DNA of 63,983 nt, the filler included, from Hausera hauseri (Eukaryota), in assembly GCA_046269625.1 (NCBI GenBank). It is 12 parts of 12 records of this genome, joined end to end, with 100 filler letters (N's around TTAATTAATTAA, not from the genome) between each part and the next. Parts side by side here need not be neighbours in the genome. Positions count along the whole stretch, not along the records: positions 50,254 to 55,294 come from JBJURY010353931.1; positions 55,395 to 59,931 come from JBJURY010537231.1; positions 60,032 to 63,983 come from JBJURY010862742.1; 9 more parts are not named here. The stretch is one strand, 5' to 3'. The number at the start of each line of letters is the position of its first letter. The stretch's first letter is position 1. Below the pieces are notes generated by a model. That model worked only from the letters and a program-made list of their open reading frames with translations, searched no databases and was not told where the DNA came from. This document shows, in pieces, positions 53,122 to 63,983 of the stretch. The translations under genes and the position numbers were made by a program.

Positions 53122-54340
53122 TAAATGTTGAAAACCCAAAACGTTGTTATTTCAGTATGTCTGTGTATGGCTGTATGTGTGAGTATGTCTGTGTGTGTGA
53201 TATTAGTCACATGATATATAGCCAGCTGACAACCAGAGATTCTACACGACAACAAGAATTGGACCTTTTTCTCTATATTCATCGTTGGAAACAACTATTT
53301 GCCACAAGACAAAACTTTCTCTCTATGAATACCCACAGCTAACAAGATGATGAATAAATGCTCTAAACAACGACCTCTACCACGGTGATGAGAGTAAACA
53401 ACAGACAAACGTTCACAGATGAAAACAAAGTGCAGAAGATCACTACTTGTTATTTTCCTCTCTTTTTTCTTCACTCTTAACTAAAGCAACAGAGGTGAAA
53501 ACTAAAACATACATAACTTAACAAATTGACAAATACAATATTCCGTTATTGATCCTACACATAATTAAAACACCACCTGCGGTTCAGAGTCAGAATGAAT
53601 CTAGATTGCCGTGCACGACAAAAAAAATAATCAGCATGCTGGTCTTTCTCGCTGGCTTTGTAGCAGATGGTGCATTTATTAACTTGCCAGGTCTTTGTTT
53701 CAACGGCGTGTATAGCCAAAATCCTCTCTATATAAACCAGCCGATTGGTTAGTTTTACTTCACTGTGTTCCAAACCTGTGTGACAGATCCACTGCCTTCA
53801 AGAAACATTTGGAAAATTTCGGAAATAATTTACTGTATGGTAAGTATAACAATATCTTTTAGACTCGAAAGTGTATATACCTGTGTGCAGTTCAAACATT
53901 AGTGTTATAATTTAGTTCTTTATTAGGCCTTTTAAAGACTGATGTTCACCATCTTTCTTTGATATCAGTAACTGTTGAGTCACGTGCTTAATGGAGGCTA
54001 TTAGTGAAAAGTATTTATTGTTTTACTTAGTGACCCTTACAAATACTAATTGAATGTGAGGTCAAAGGCACCAACCACTCGGTCATCATCGAGGGCTATT
54101 GCGCCTGGTACTCAGACCCCTGTGGAGCATAGGTTGTCACACATACTTTGTACCTTAGGGACAAAGGGAACATGGTGCTGTCAGCCAAGTGGCTGGTATT
54201 CGAAATATAAAAAATAAAAACAATCGTTAAGTAACAGACTATAACTAAATCAACATACAAAGCACATCTTGTAACTAACTTATTCCCTGCTTGATTTCCC
54301 CGATTTAGTTTAGTTTAGATGCCTGTGTTAAAACAGTGTT

Positions 54341-55294
54341 TTGGAATTAATATTGACATATTCAAGTTTGATGATGCGCGAGTCCTTTCCCCAAAACTTG
54401 GATTCAGGTGGTAGTGACAGGTTTACCGATACGTTATGTCTTTTACTTTTTAAAAGTCATTTTATGTACATAGTTGACATAGATAGAGCAGGGCATGCCT
54501 TCTCGTGTTCTAAATGCGGCAAGTTGTGGAAAGTACATCGGTCCATGACAGAACGTGTAAAGGTGGTGCTTCAAAAGAAGTATTTAAAAATTCACCATCA
54601 AACGAAATAGTACCTTTACGCGTCTAGCCACACAAAAGTACAAATTTCTAGATATATGCAATTACTTAGCCATGGGGTTTAGTTATTCCAAATATCTAGC
54701 CGCGTATAAGGTGGAAGAAACTAAAGGTTTCTTCTGTTATGAATATATAGATAGTTTAGCCAAGTTGGATGAAACTAACCTGCCTCCACACTCCATCTTC
54801 CATTCGACGCTTAAAAACTGTAACATTTCCGAAAAGGACTACGAATATTGTCAACGAGTATGGAAAACAGAGGGGATGCACACCGATTTCCTCATCTGGT
54901 ACAACAACCAAGATGTAGTCCCCTTTATAACGGCATTGGATAGACAAGTCGCGTTTTATTCCGAGTTGGGGGTAGATATTTTTAAGCAGGCGATTAGTGT
55001 CCGCTGGGTGAGCTTAAATTATCTTTTTAAAACCCTGCCCTCCGACGTTAGTTTTTCCTTGTTTTCCAAACGTCAGCAAGATCTCCACCAGACCCTCAGG
55101 GACAATATAATCGGGGGACCTAGCATCATGTTCCATCGAGAGCATACATCTGGCAAGACGCGTATTAGGTGTGATAAATTAGTTAAGAGTATTAAGGGTT
55201 ATGACGCAAATGCTCTTTATCTCTGGGCTCTAATGCAAGATATGCCGACCGACTTTGCCATTGTAAGAACTTGTGAAGATGGGTTTAAGAAACA
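54341..55294 (+). mobile_element. Second, different Polinton pPolB (internally deleted, truncated)
   Basis: HFMYIVDID...FSCSKCGKLW; FLDICNYLA.GFSYSKYLAAY...KGFFCYEY...YNNQDVVPF...IIGGPSIMFHR...GYDANALYLWALMQDMPT. Confidence 0.9.
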
Positions 55295-55394
55295 NNNNNN
55301 NNNNNNNNNNNNNNNNNNNNNNNNNNNNNNNNNNNNNNTTAATTAATTAANNNNNNNNNNNNNNNNNNNNNNNNNNNNNNNNNNNNNNNNNNNN

Positions 55395-55540
55395 GCTGCA
55401 TACAATGGCTCCCCAATTTGAGCAAAATCTTTGATAAACCTTCTATAATAATTTGCTAAGCCTAAGAATAATCGTAACTGGGTGACACATCTTGGAGGGG
55501 GTGCTTCTCGAATTTTGCCAATCTTGTCATTTGTTAACAC
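55395..55540 (-). mobile_element. Ty3/Gypsy RT thumb/connection fragment
   Basis: KIGKIREAPPPRCVTQLRLFLGLANYYRRFIKDFAQIGEPLY. Confidence 0.88.
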
Positions 55541-58112
55541 AGGGATTGAACGAAGTCGTTCAACCTTTAGTACTTGTCAACATATAAAGGTCAGCCTAAT
55601 TGGTGTAATTGGTGAGTTCGCTTACCTCTTTTAGTAATTGGGTGAATCTGTTTATCTCATTTATGTTTATCAACTTCCTCATACTCTCAGCCTGTTCTAT
55701 CACATGTTCTTTTCTGTACATAGTTACTCCTTTATATCTTCCTTCTTTATTTATAGTTCTCAACCATTCCCTTTAGGTAACGACAATAGCCAAGTCCTTA
55801 ATTTCTATACTATGACCGATTGTTAATCTCAGTAACTCATCTATATAGAGGGAAAATTTAACTCTAGACTGTTTTGGAGTAATTATTCGTTCGAGTTCCT
55901 GGATGTGGTTAGCCTTTAATAAACTATCAAAGGTTCGAATTATCCCGCCAATTAACAACATTAAGTCGCCAAATTTCCTGTTAACACAGGTAGAGATTAT
56001 AGCGATTAACAACATCCAATTATCAGATTTATTTAGGTTCAGAGGTACATATGAAGTCACTCTATAAAACATACAAATTTCATACATGCATAACTTTAAA
56101 TAATGAATATTAGATAATAAGAACCAAGTATCCAATCCTATATCAGAAAATAGTCGCGTTAGGTTCAAAAATTTATATATCTTTTAGTATTATTATATTA
56201 CATAATTTACTAAGTTAAAACCTTTTGACTGTTAACCAAATAAATAGAGAACAATCTACCACTAGTATTATCGTAACAATCAAAAGTCTTCTGATTCAAC
56301 CATGTTATTTAATGATCAGGGGTATATGCGATAAGGAAATAATAATGTCTAAACCAGGAAATATGTTCGAAATAGTAGAACAGACAGAAAACAACTAAAA
56401 TCAAGATAATCGACCCAGACTCCAAAATTGATTCATTCATTCTCAATTTCAATCTACAAGATTTTTACATAACGGAACATCATTTAAAACAAACGGTTAA
56501 TTAAATCATAAACTCAACAACCATTTATTCCATTGTCAAGTATGTTCTAATCTCCCTTTCCAACGGAATGAATTAAGCCGTCATCCGATTTATTTCGTAC
56601 CGCAGTATCAAAATCGATAGGTTTATTTTCTTACTTTGTCACAACCAGAACCAATCCTTAATGACAACCTCCGCATCAGCGACATATATCTAATGATTCA
56701 TTTTGTTGAAATTCTAAGTACAGTTTAGTATCTCACGAAATCATTCAGGATTTGTTAATAAATTTAGTTCAAATAATTTCTCATCATACCTTCATAGTCG
56801 TCGTAATGTTATCTGACTCAGGTTAAATCGAAATCTCGTGAATTACCCTAATACGACAAAACACAACACAGATAATATAATTAACGTCTACCCGCTAGGA
56901 CTCTTGCTTGGATTACCTTCGATCAATATACAAATATTCTGTACATAAAATAATCAGATATCTGAATCCGTGAATCATCGTAAAACGTTGTTTCCTATGC
57001 AGGTTAATCCACCGCCGTTCTGGCATATCGACGACTTTGCATTTTCCTTAATCTCTCCTCGTTCATCTCGAAGACCCACTTCATCGTTGCATATCATTTG
57101 TTTCGTATCCGACCACAAGTTGTCATTACGTCCGTTATAACCAGACCATTTAATACAGTTTATGAAATTCAAAACTTTATTACATAACAAAAATAACAAA
57201 ACCATAATTATAACATCGATCATGGGTTATTGATATATTGATACCATAAAACATCTAAATAAACATATCTTACCAATACTCGCTTTGGCCACATTTCTAC
57301 TACCATTACTAAGTAAGGGAATCGCATTTCCTTGAGCTTCAGCATCAAAAGCCATTTCCGGATTCGGAAAATTAACATGATCTATTATTGCAGTCACAGA
57401 CTCCGTTCCAGCATCCATCCTATCGTTGATTATTGGCATATCAGGGTTCATTTAATTATACTGTTTCACAGAGAATATACAATTCTCTCTCTCTTATTAC
57501 AACATGAACAATGGTTACGTAAACTTTCCAGAAAAAACGTCTGGTCCGAGAGTAATGCTAAAATTGCAGTAGTTGAAAAAATTTTTTTTGTTTTTTTTTG
57601 TTTCTTAACTTCGTTAATTTATATACTTGTCTCGTATATGCAAAATTGGTTACCACTTGAATTTTCAAATTATTCAAATGAATTTTCTTATTCGCCATAC
57701 GATTGCAAAATTGGTTACCAGCTGGATTTTTAAATCATTTAAATAAATTTTGTTATTTACTGTGTGTTAATAGGCGATCTACTGTATGTTACCAGGTCAA
57801 TTTTCATAATTGACTATTTGAATTTTTATAATCGATTACTGTTTCTGGCCGAAGAAAATTTTGATGTAATATTCATTTTAAAATCTCCTATTGATTCTAG
57901 CATCAATCGATCAATACCCAATCCACCTCTGGCTAACAATACACATATACATAGCAGTGGTAATGAGGATACCCATCACTTGGGTTACACAGTAAATGAA
58001 GTAAGAAAGAAAACAAAATAAATAAATAAAATGTATTTACTAAATGTCTACTAAACAACAAAACATCCACAGAATGATAGTGTTGGTAATGTTGTGTCGC
58101 AGGATGGTGAAA

Positions 58113-59931
58113 TCAACAATGGTACATCATAATAAAGTTTGCTGGAAGTGTTATTCCATTATTCTGCATCGGACTGAAACTTATGAATCTAATGACCCTA
58201 GTGGCCCTCAACATTTCTCCCCCTTTGAAAAGGATTCGGTCCTCCGGATCACACTGGGTACTGGCATCGATAAAACTGAGATTTCTGGGTCGAATTGTTA
58301 ACGTTGAATCATTCACTGGGTTCATCCAATGGCATAATTGCTGGGTATGGTTATCGTAGACGTAGGAGAAGTGGTAATATTCTTATGGTTGGCGGCAGTA
58401 GGGACATGACATACCGTTCTGAAATGTCATTTGGAGTGCATTGTTTGGATCAATGGATTGAAGGAATTGATAACGGAGTTTATTGAAATATGTTGCACAC
58501 AAGGTGTGGTTACATTGGAATTGGACTATTGTTATTCTCTCGGTTAGACAAATTGTACATTCGTAGGTTGGAAGTTGATCGTAAAAGAGAATTTGCAATG
58601 TTGCCCAAAGATTTGGTGGGGCTAAATTGGAAATAAGGTCGATTCGGCATTTACTGAATACGGGGAACCAATCCTGTTGTAATGATATTGGTAATGGAGG
58701 ATTATGAGATATTGTTGGTGTAGGCGTTATCGAAGGTGCAAGTACTAGTAATTCAGATAACGGTCTAATGACTCTTTCAGGATTGTAACGTGGATGGGGG
58801 ATTCAAGATGGCTGGTGTAGAAGAGACATTATGTTTATATGGGGTAAAGGTACTTGGTATACAAAAGATGGTGGTTGGTTTATTGTAGATGGGCTAAAAC
58901 AATTGATAGGGAATTCAATTCGAACTGAGGATTGCTGTTCTAATCGAAAGTATCTTGTGGGTAATAGTTGAGGAATTGGGGTGTTAGTAATAGTAAGTAA
59001 GGCTCGACTCGGGTGATGGAAGTAAGAAGATATGTATTCAGGGCAAAAATAACATACTGCAAATTAAACATCGATGGTGGGATTCCAACTGGTAACAATG
59101 AGAGCAGTATTCTGCATTACAGCAACTAAATTGGTAATCTGTTTTATTAGGTTTATTGCATAAACAACAAGTATGTAATTGAAAATAAAGAATAGAAAAG
59201 GGTGTTGACACATCCCATGTATAATAATATGTAACGTGATCAGAAGGTTCAATGATTTCGAGAGTTTTGGCGTGAAGTAAGGTTTGATCGGCATCAGATG
59301 GGAATGCGTTATGCTGGATGCAATATTTTATCTCATACTTGCAGATTTGACAATAAGGCATGGGGTTTGCCTGGGATTTTGCTCTATCTATGCAGTATGA
59401 ACAGAACATATGCAAACATAGTGTTAATCTGTATACGACATTGAGGATCGCTCGACATTCCATACATTCTGGGAAATCTAAAAATAAGCATAATTAATTG
59501 AGATTTAATTCGATTGTATTAAGATCTATACAATTATCAGTGTCTTCAATATATAATGAGTTGGATAGGTAGTTGTACAATTGTCTAAGTAAATGGGCTT
59601 GTACTAATGGTAATGTATATGTAGGAAGTATAGTGGTTCGTAGTAATCGTTTGCTTAGACGGATTATAGGTACGGGGTCTTTTGAGAAATTTATAGAGAT
59701 AGGATGGTGGTAAAAATCGGAGAAACCATTGGTATCACTAATAGGCAATTTTAATGAACATAAGAGTAGATCAAGTTGTGATGTTATTATAAATTTGTGC
59801 TGCAATATATCTTGTATAAGGGGTACGAAGTCTTCATTATCGATTTTATACAAGGTAAGGTCATCAGTTATGCCTGCAAAAAGTGTTCTCCAATCGATAA
59901 CTTTATGTCTGGGATACATTTGTTGCTGTAA
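58113..59931 (-). pseudogene. Decayed long reading frame with three RING-like zinc fingers and Pro-rich linkers
   Basis: CMEC...CLHMFCSYC...CQIC; CCLC...CCNAEYCSHC...CLIC; CTIC...CNHTLC...CPYCRQP. ORFs starting at 59919 and 59463 share a frame; no introns apparent. Confidence 0.7.
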
Positions 59932-60569
59932 NNNNNNNNNNNNNNNNNNNNNNNNNNNNNNNNNNNNNNNNNNNNTTAATTAATTAANNNNNNNNNNNNN
60001 NNNNNNNNNNNNNNNNNNNNNNNNNNNNNNNACTTACAATCGTCTGATCGTGAGGCGCTTAGAATATGAAATGCTCAACTGCTTTTGGGCTATCTGCCGA
60101 AACAATTTCCACCACCAGTTGATTTGCTTAAGTGGGATTTTCACCGGTTTGAAATTTTCCGACTGAATTTTCCCCATGTTTCCATGGTCTGAACGAGTTG
60201 ACATTGTGTGCCTTCGATTCCTCGACATTGGTTTGACATGTCCACCAAAGATTGCAAAATTCGTAACTCGTGTCGCGTTTCTCATAAAAATTTCCTGTTT
60301 TTCTTCTTGCTTCTAGTGCCGTCCAGTAAAATATTTAACTCTCGCCGCGCTAAAAAATTTTTCTCCCCTCATTGAGCTCTTTCGATTTCCGTCGGTGACA
60401 TGTGCGACATGTGACATGTGCTTTCAATCCTGGGGGGGGTCTTCCGATCTCGAGACATGAAATGCTCAGAATTGCGAGATAGGTGGGGAAATTATATAGC
60501 GAAGCTCGAAAAATGCTTTTGAAAAAATTTTCCGACGGTGGTTGAGAGCCCACACTTCTACTTACTGAC

Positions 60570-60670
60570 ACGGGCCATATAAAGTCGTGGATGTACGCCA
60601 ACAAACTATTTTCGTCCAGAAAGGACCGAACAAATATGAAGCTGTGTCCCTACAAAGAGTAACGAAAGCA
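60570..60670 (+). mobile_element. Ty3/Gypsy integrase C-terminal GPY/F region
   Basis: GPYKVVDVRQQTIFVQKGPNKYEAVSLQRVTKA, in frame with ORF 60587..61132. Confidence 0.65.
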
Positions 60671-60779
60671 TCAATATCATACAATGATTTCATAAGACAG
60701 GTAGAGTTAGAGTCATCAGATAAAGTAGAACCAAAAATAGCGGCTCTATTTCAGAGGCAAAACATGGATAACTTTAAAT

Positions 60780-62420
60780 TTATGAGTTACCGAGTTTACC
60801 CCATATGGGGTAGATACTTTGGCATGGTATTCTTTATTTTATTGACGTTTTTCTCACAACTTGCAGCTGCTTTATACAACTTTACTAAATTGGTTATATA
60901 CACAACCATTTCTCATATTGATAAAAGCGAACCTATTATTTGCTTCCGAACATCCGTACGGGTATACTCACATTACAAAGTGAAGTTTGCATTCACATCT
61001 TCAAATAAAATATCAACCAGTTGCACTATCCCGGATAAACATCATCAGACTTGTTGCCAACTAAATTATGATACTTCTTATACTTCTTATGTATTATTGA
61101 AATCTTTAGATCAGGACGGATATAGTATTTAATGGAACCCGAATATTAATGTTAATATCCCTCTTCAGGATATCGTGGATATTTTAGACAAACCAAAATC
61201 AGATATGGTACTCTATGATGAGTTCACTGCTTAATTCTTAAAAAATAATACTGCGATATCAGAGATAAATTCGGTCCGTCCTTGCATCAATTTCCGAACT
61301 ATACAACCTTTGCACCTTAGATACAAAATTCATATATGGTATGATGCTCACCCCAGATATGTGCATCAACCACATTTCTGTTATCTCAATAGAGCACATC
61401 CTCTAGTATGCTATGCTCTCCATACTAATATTCGGTACATAATCCGTTTTGATATGTACTTCAGCAAAGGCACTTTTCATCTAATACAATCCTCGCGATT
61501 ACCAATCTTTATCATTATTAAAAATACGCAGATAAAATCTATTTTAAATATTATCCATGTTCCAAAAATTTCTACACGTACAGCCACCCACAAGAGTAGA
61601 GGAGAGATAGGAATAACCAGAGAAGTAACCAAAGCAACCACAAGAGTAGCAGAAGTAATCAAACCGCTGACGAAGACAATAAAGAAAGACAAGCATATTT
61701 TCAAAGGAAGATTTATGAAAAATTTCCCAATCGAATTTAAATTGAAACCTTATACAAATAGAATCGAGATAACCATTTCTCAAAAAATAAAATGAAAAAA
61801 TTCGGATAAAATGTACAAGTATCTACTAAAAAGTCGAAATCAAGTTTTCCAAAAATAAACGCAATTTTTGTGAAGGCCTAACACTGGATACAAATAATTT
61901 TGTCAAAATATACACGAAAGATAATTCAAAATTAGTGACGATAAAAGCGTCACCCTTAGCAGATCAATATCAACACATAAGATATAACGAAGAAGATGGA
62001 AGAATGAAAACAACCACAACTTTACCGGACATTACAGAATCGTATTTACTTAAATATTAGTGGAAAATTGGGTAGTGTTAGGAATCGGTACAATATGTCT
62101 AATCATAGCAAAATATAATCATAAATGAAGTGTAAAAGAACAAAAAATAATGAATCCCATTACTACGAAATAATACGAAACAACAGAAATTATAAGATAG
62201 TGGAGTTAAACAATATTGAACCACAGAATATTACAAAAGACATACCACTGACTCTTAATGAAATTCAGAGAAGAGAGAAATATACACAAACCACATTATG
62301 TTTTATACCTCTCTTACTAATCAGATTAAATAAAGACAGCACATACAAAATTTAACAACATATTGGTACATAATCCTTATGATTGGTGGACCAATAATAA
62401 TGAGTTATTTTAGTAAGAAT
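60780..62420 (+). pseudogene. Post-integrase signal peptide / ectodomain / TM protein, homologous in layout to 17440-18600
   Basis: YFGMVFFILLTFFSQLAAA signal-like segment; ORFs 60587 and 61310 share a frame; NNRNYKIVELNNIEPQNI vs ENTSYKVIIIELNEEGQNI; hydrophobic YWYIILMIGGPIIMSYF then basic residues. Confidence 0.5.
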
Positions 62421-63520
62421 ATCAAATCCAATCAAATAAGAAAACGAATCAAATTTAACTTGTGTGTTAACACGAATAGATATAAATTAGATATAATTCA
62501 ACAATTTTTCAGTTTAATCGCTGACAATATGTCAAGAAAGCAGAATAATGCTCCCGAAATGGGAAGCGGGAACTCATCAAGAAAAAGAATCAACGCTCCT
62601 AAAACAGGAAGCTCAAACTCCAGGCGAGTTATCGCAAACGCTACCGAAACGGGAAGCACTCAGGATTTCGGACAAAGAAGAGGGACAAATAAAGAAAAAT
62701 ATGACAAAGAAGGAATTAGAAAACTTTCCGTCATTCGCCAAACTATGTCGTACGCATTTTACGACAAAATAATCGCGCATCTCGATCAGGATAATCAATT
62801 TATTGACGAAGTCTCAAAAATCCCAAATTATTTCAAATATGGAGAAACGAGGAACCGATGCTTACTTCCATTTAAATTATATCACTTTGATGCTATTCTC
62901 CCTCTCACACAATGGATGAACGAGAATAAAGGAATAACAGCTCACATAGCATTAGGCAGAGTTCAGATAAATTTTAGAAAATTAGATGGCAAGGAAAATC
63001 GAATAGAGAAAATTGACCATCAAGAATCGTTACAGATCAACTATGCAATAGACCCAAAAGGAATCACAACTGTTTCAAGAGAAATGCTAACCATTGGCCC
63101 TATTGAGTATTATATTGCAGAAAGTGTATACTCAATGCCAGAGCTAATAAAATTTAAAAGTGAACCAAATGAAGAAGAATTACGAAGAGGATCCAATATT
63201 TTATTAACTGACAGAGCAAAAAGCATCAGGTACTTAGCGACTTCCTTTGCATATGGAAAACGATCAAATGGAACCCAGATTCCATTGCCTATTGAAATCA
63301 TTATTGCGGAATCAAATGGTGACATTATTTTTTCTGAAATAATATCCCCAAGAAGAGCAATCCATAACTTGAATAGAAACCGGCACAAGATAGATTGGAA
63401 TCAAATTCAAACCGGAATGGATTGACCAAAACTTAAAGCTGAAGTTACAAAATTTACTTTGGGATATAAAATTGTGGCGTTAGAAGTGCACAAGTCGTTT
63501 AATGCGCTTTGCATACTGAT
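62379..63520 (+). pseudogene. Cytoplasmic accessory region with degenerate REX4/ISG20-like DEDDh exonuclease fold (about 63231-63510)
   Basis: YLATSFAYG...PIEIIIAESNGDIIFSEIISPRRAIHNLNRNRHKIDWNQIQTGMD*PKLKAEVTKFTLGYKIVAL; homologous to 19425-19690. Confidence 0.6.
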
Positions 63521-63983
63521 TATTCGAGCTTGCGCAGTTGTGGATCCCATGAAGAATGTATAGAAAACTTATAATCAACAGATAACTAATATATGTCAAA
63601 TAATAGCTATGCTGAAACTTCTCCAATTTCCGAGTACTACGGAAGGAAGACTCCAGTTAACTATAGAAGCTCACAAGAAAACTACCGATCACTATGTATG
63701 GACACCAACTGAACCCCAAGGAAACATACTTGATTATGGAGACTTATTGAATCAAAAAACGTCCATTTGATGTTTAGGCCACGTAGTAAAAGAAACAAAA
63801 TTCAAGAACATTCCAATGAAGGACAAGATCGAGCCTGGTGAATTTGATGTATCTAACTGTCAAATATCAGAAGGGGAAACAGATGATTAAATGAGAGTGA
63901 ACAAAAGAAAATATTGATAAAAAGGAAATGCGACTGGACAACGCAAGTTCAGATATCTACTCAAACCGAAAGTTTAGAAAAGA

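Noticed and set aside
4288-60031. Recurring TTAATTAATTAA motif, and gene neighbourhoods across N gaps
   Set aside because: Artificial six-frame-stop linker between concatenated contigs; adjacency across it has no biological meaning.

Overview
This window is not one contiguous locus. It is 12 short contigs (about 4-9 kb each) from an AT-rich, intron-containing eukaryote, probably an invertebrate animal. They are joined by an artificial 100-bp spacer (N44-TTAATTAATTAA-N44), so nothing should be inferred across a spacer. Content is mostly decayed mobile DNA: RTE-like LINE fragments, several Ty3/Gypsy elements, an Academ-like transposase, a mariner remnant, two Polinton/adintovirus-like segments (pPolB; penton-core-MCP-adenain-PC4) and a 9.4-kb 16-bp satellite. 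Host-gene pieces are GBA2 exons, a DDX46/PRP5 fragment, two coiled-coil paralogues, an IAP-type RING remnant and a divergent pair of tiny membrane-protein genes. The most striking observation is an unusual large Ty3/Gypsy polyprotein architecture. In contig 12757-20064 a chuvirus-like (class III) fusion glycoprotein with an internal signal peptide sits upstream of protease-RT, and the reading frame runs through into protease. After integrase the frame continues into a second signal peptide/ectodomain/TM protein and then a catalytically degenerate REX4/ISG20-like DEDDh exonuclease fold. A divergent second copy of that post-integrase module occupies the last contig (60570-63983). All family assignments come from manual translation and motif recognition; no database search was run.
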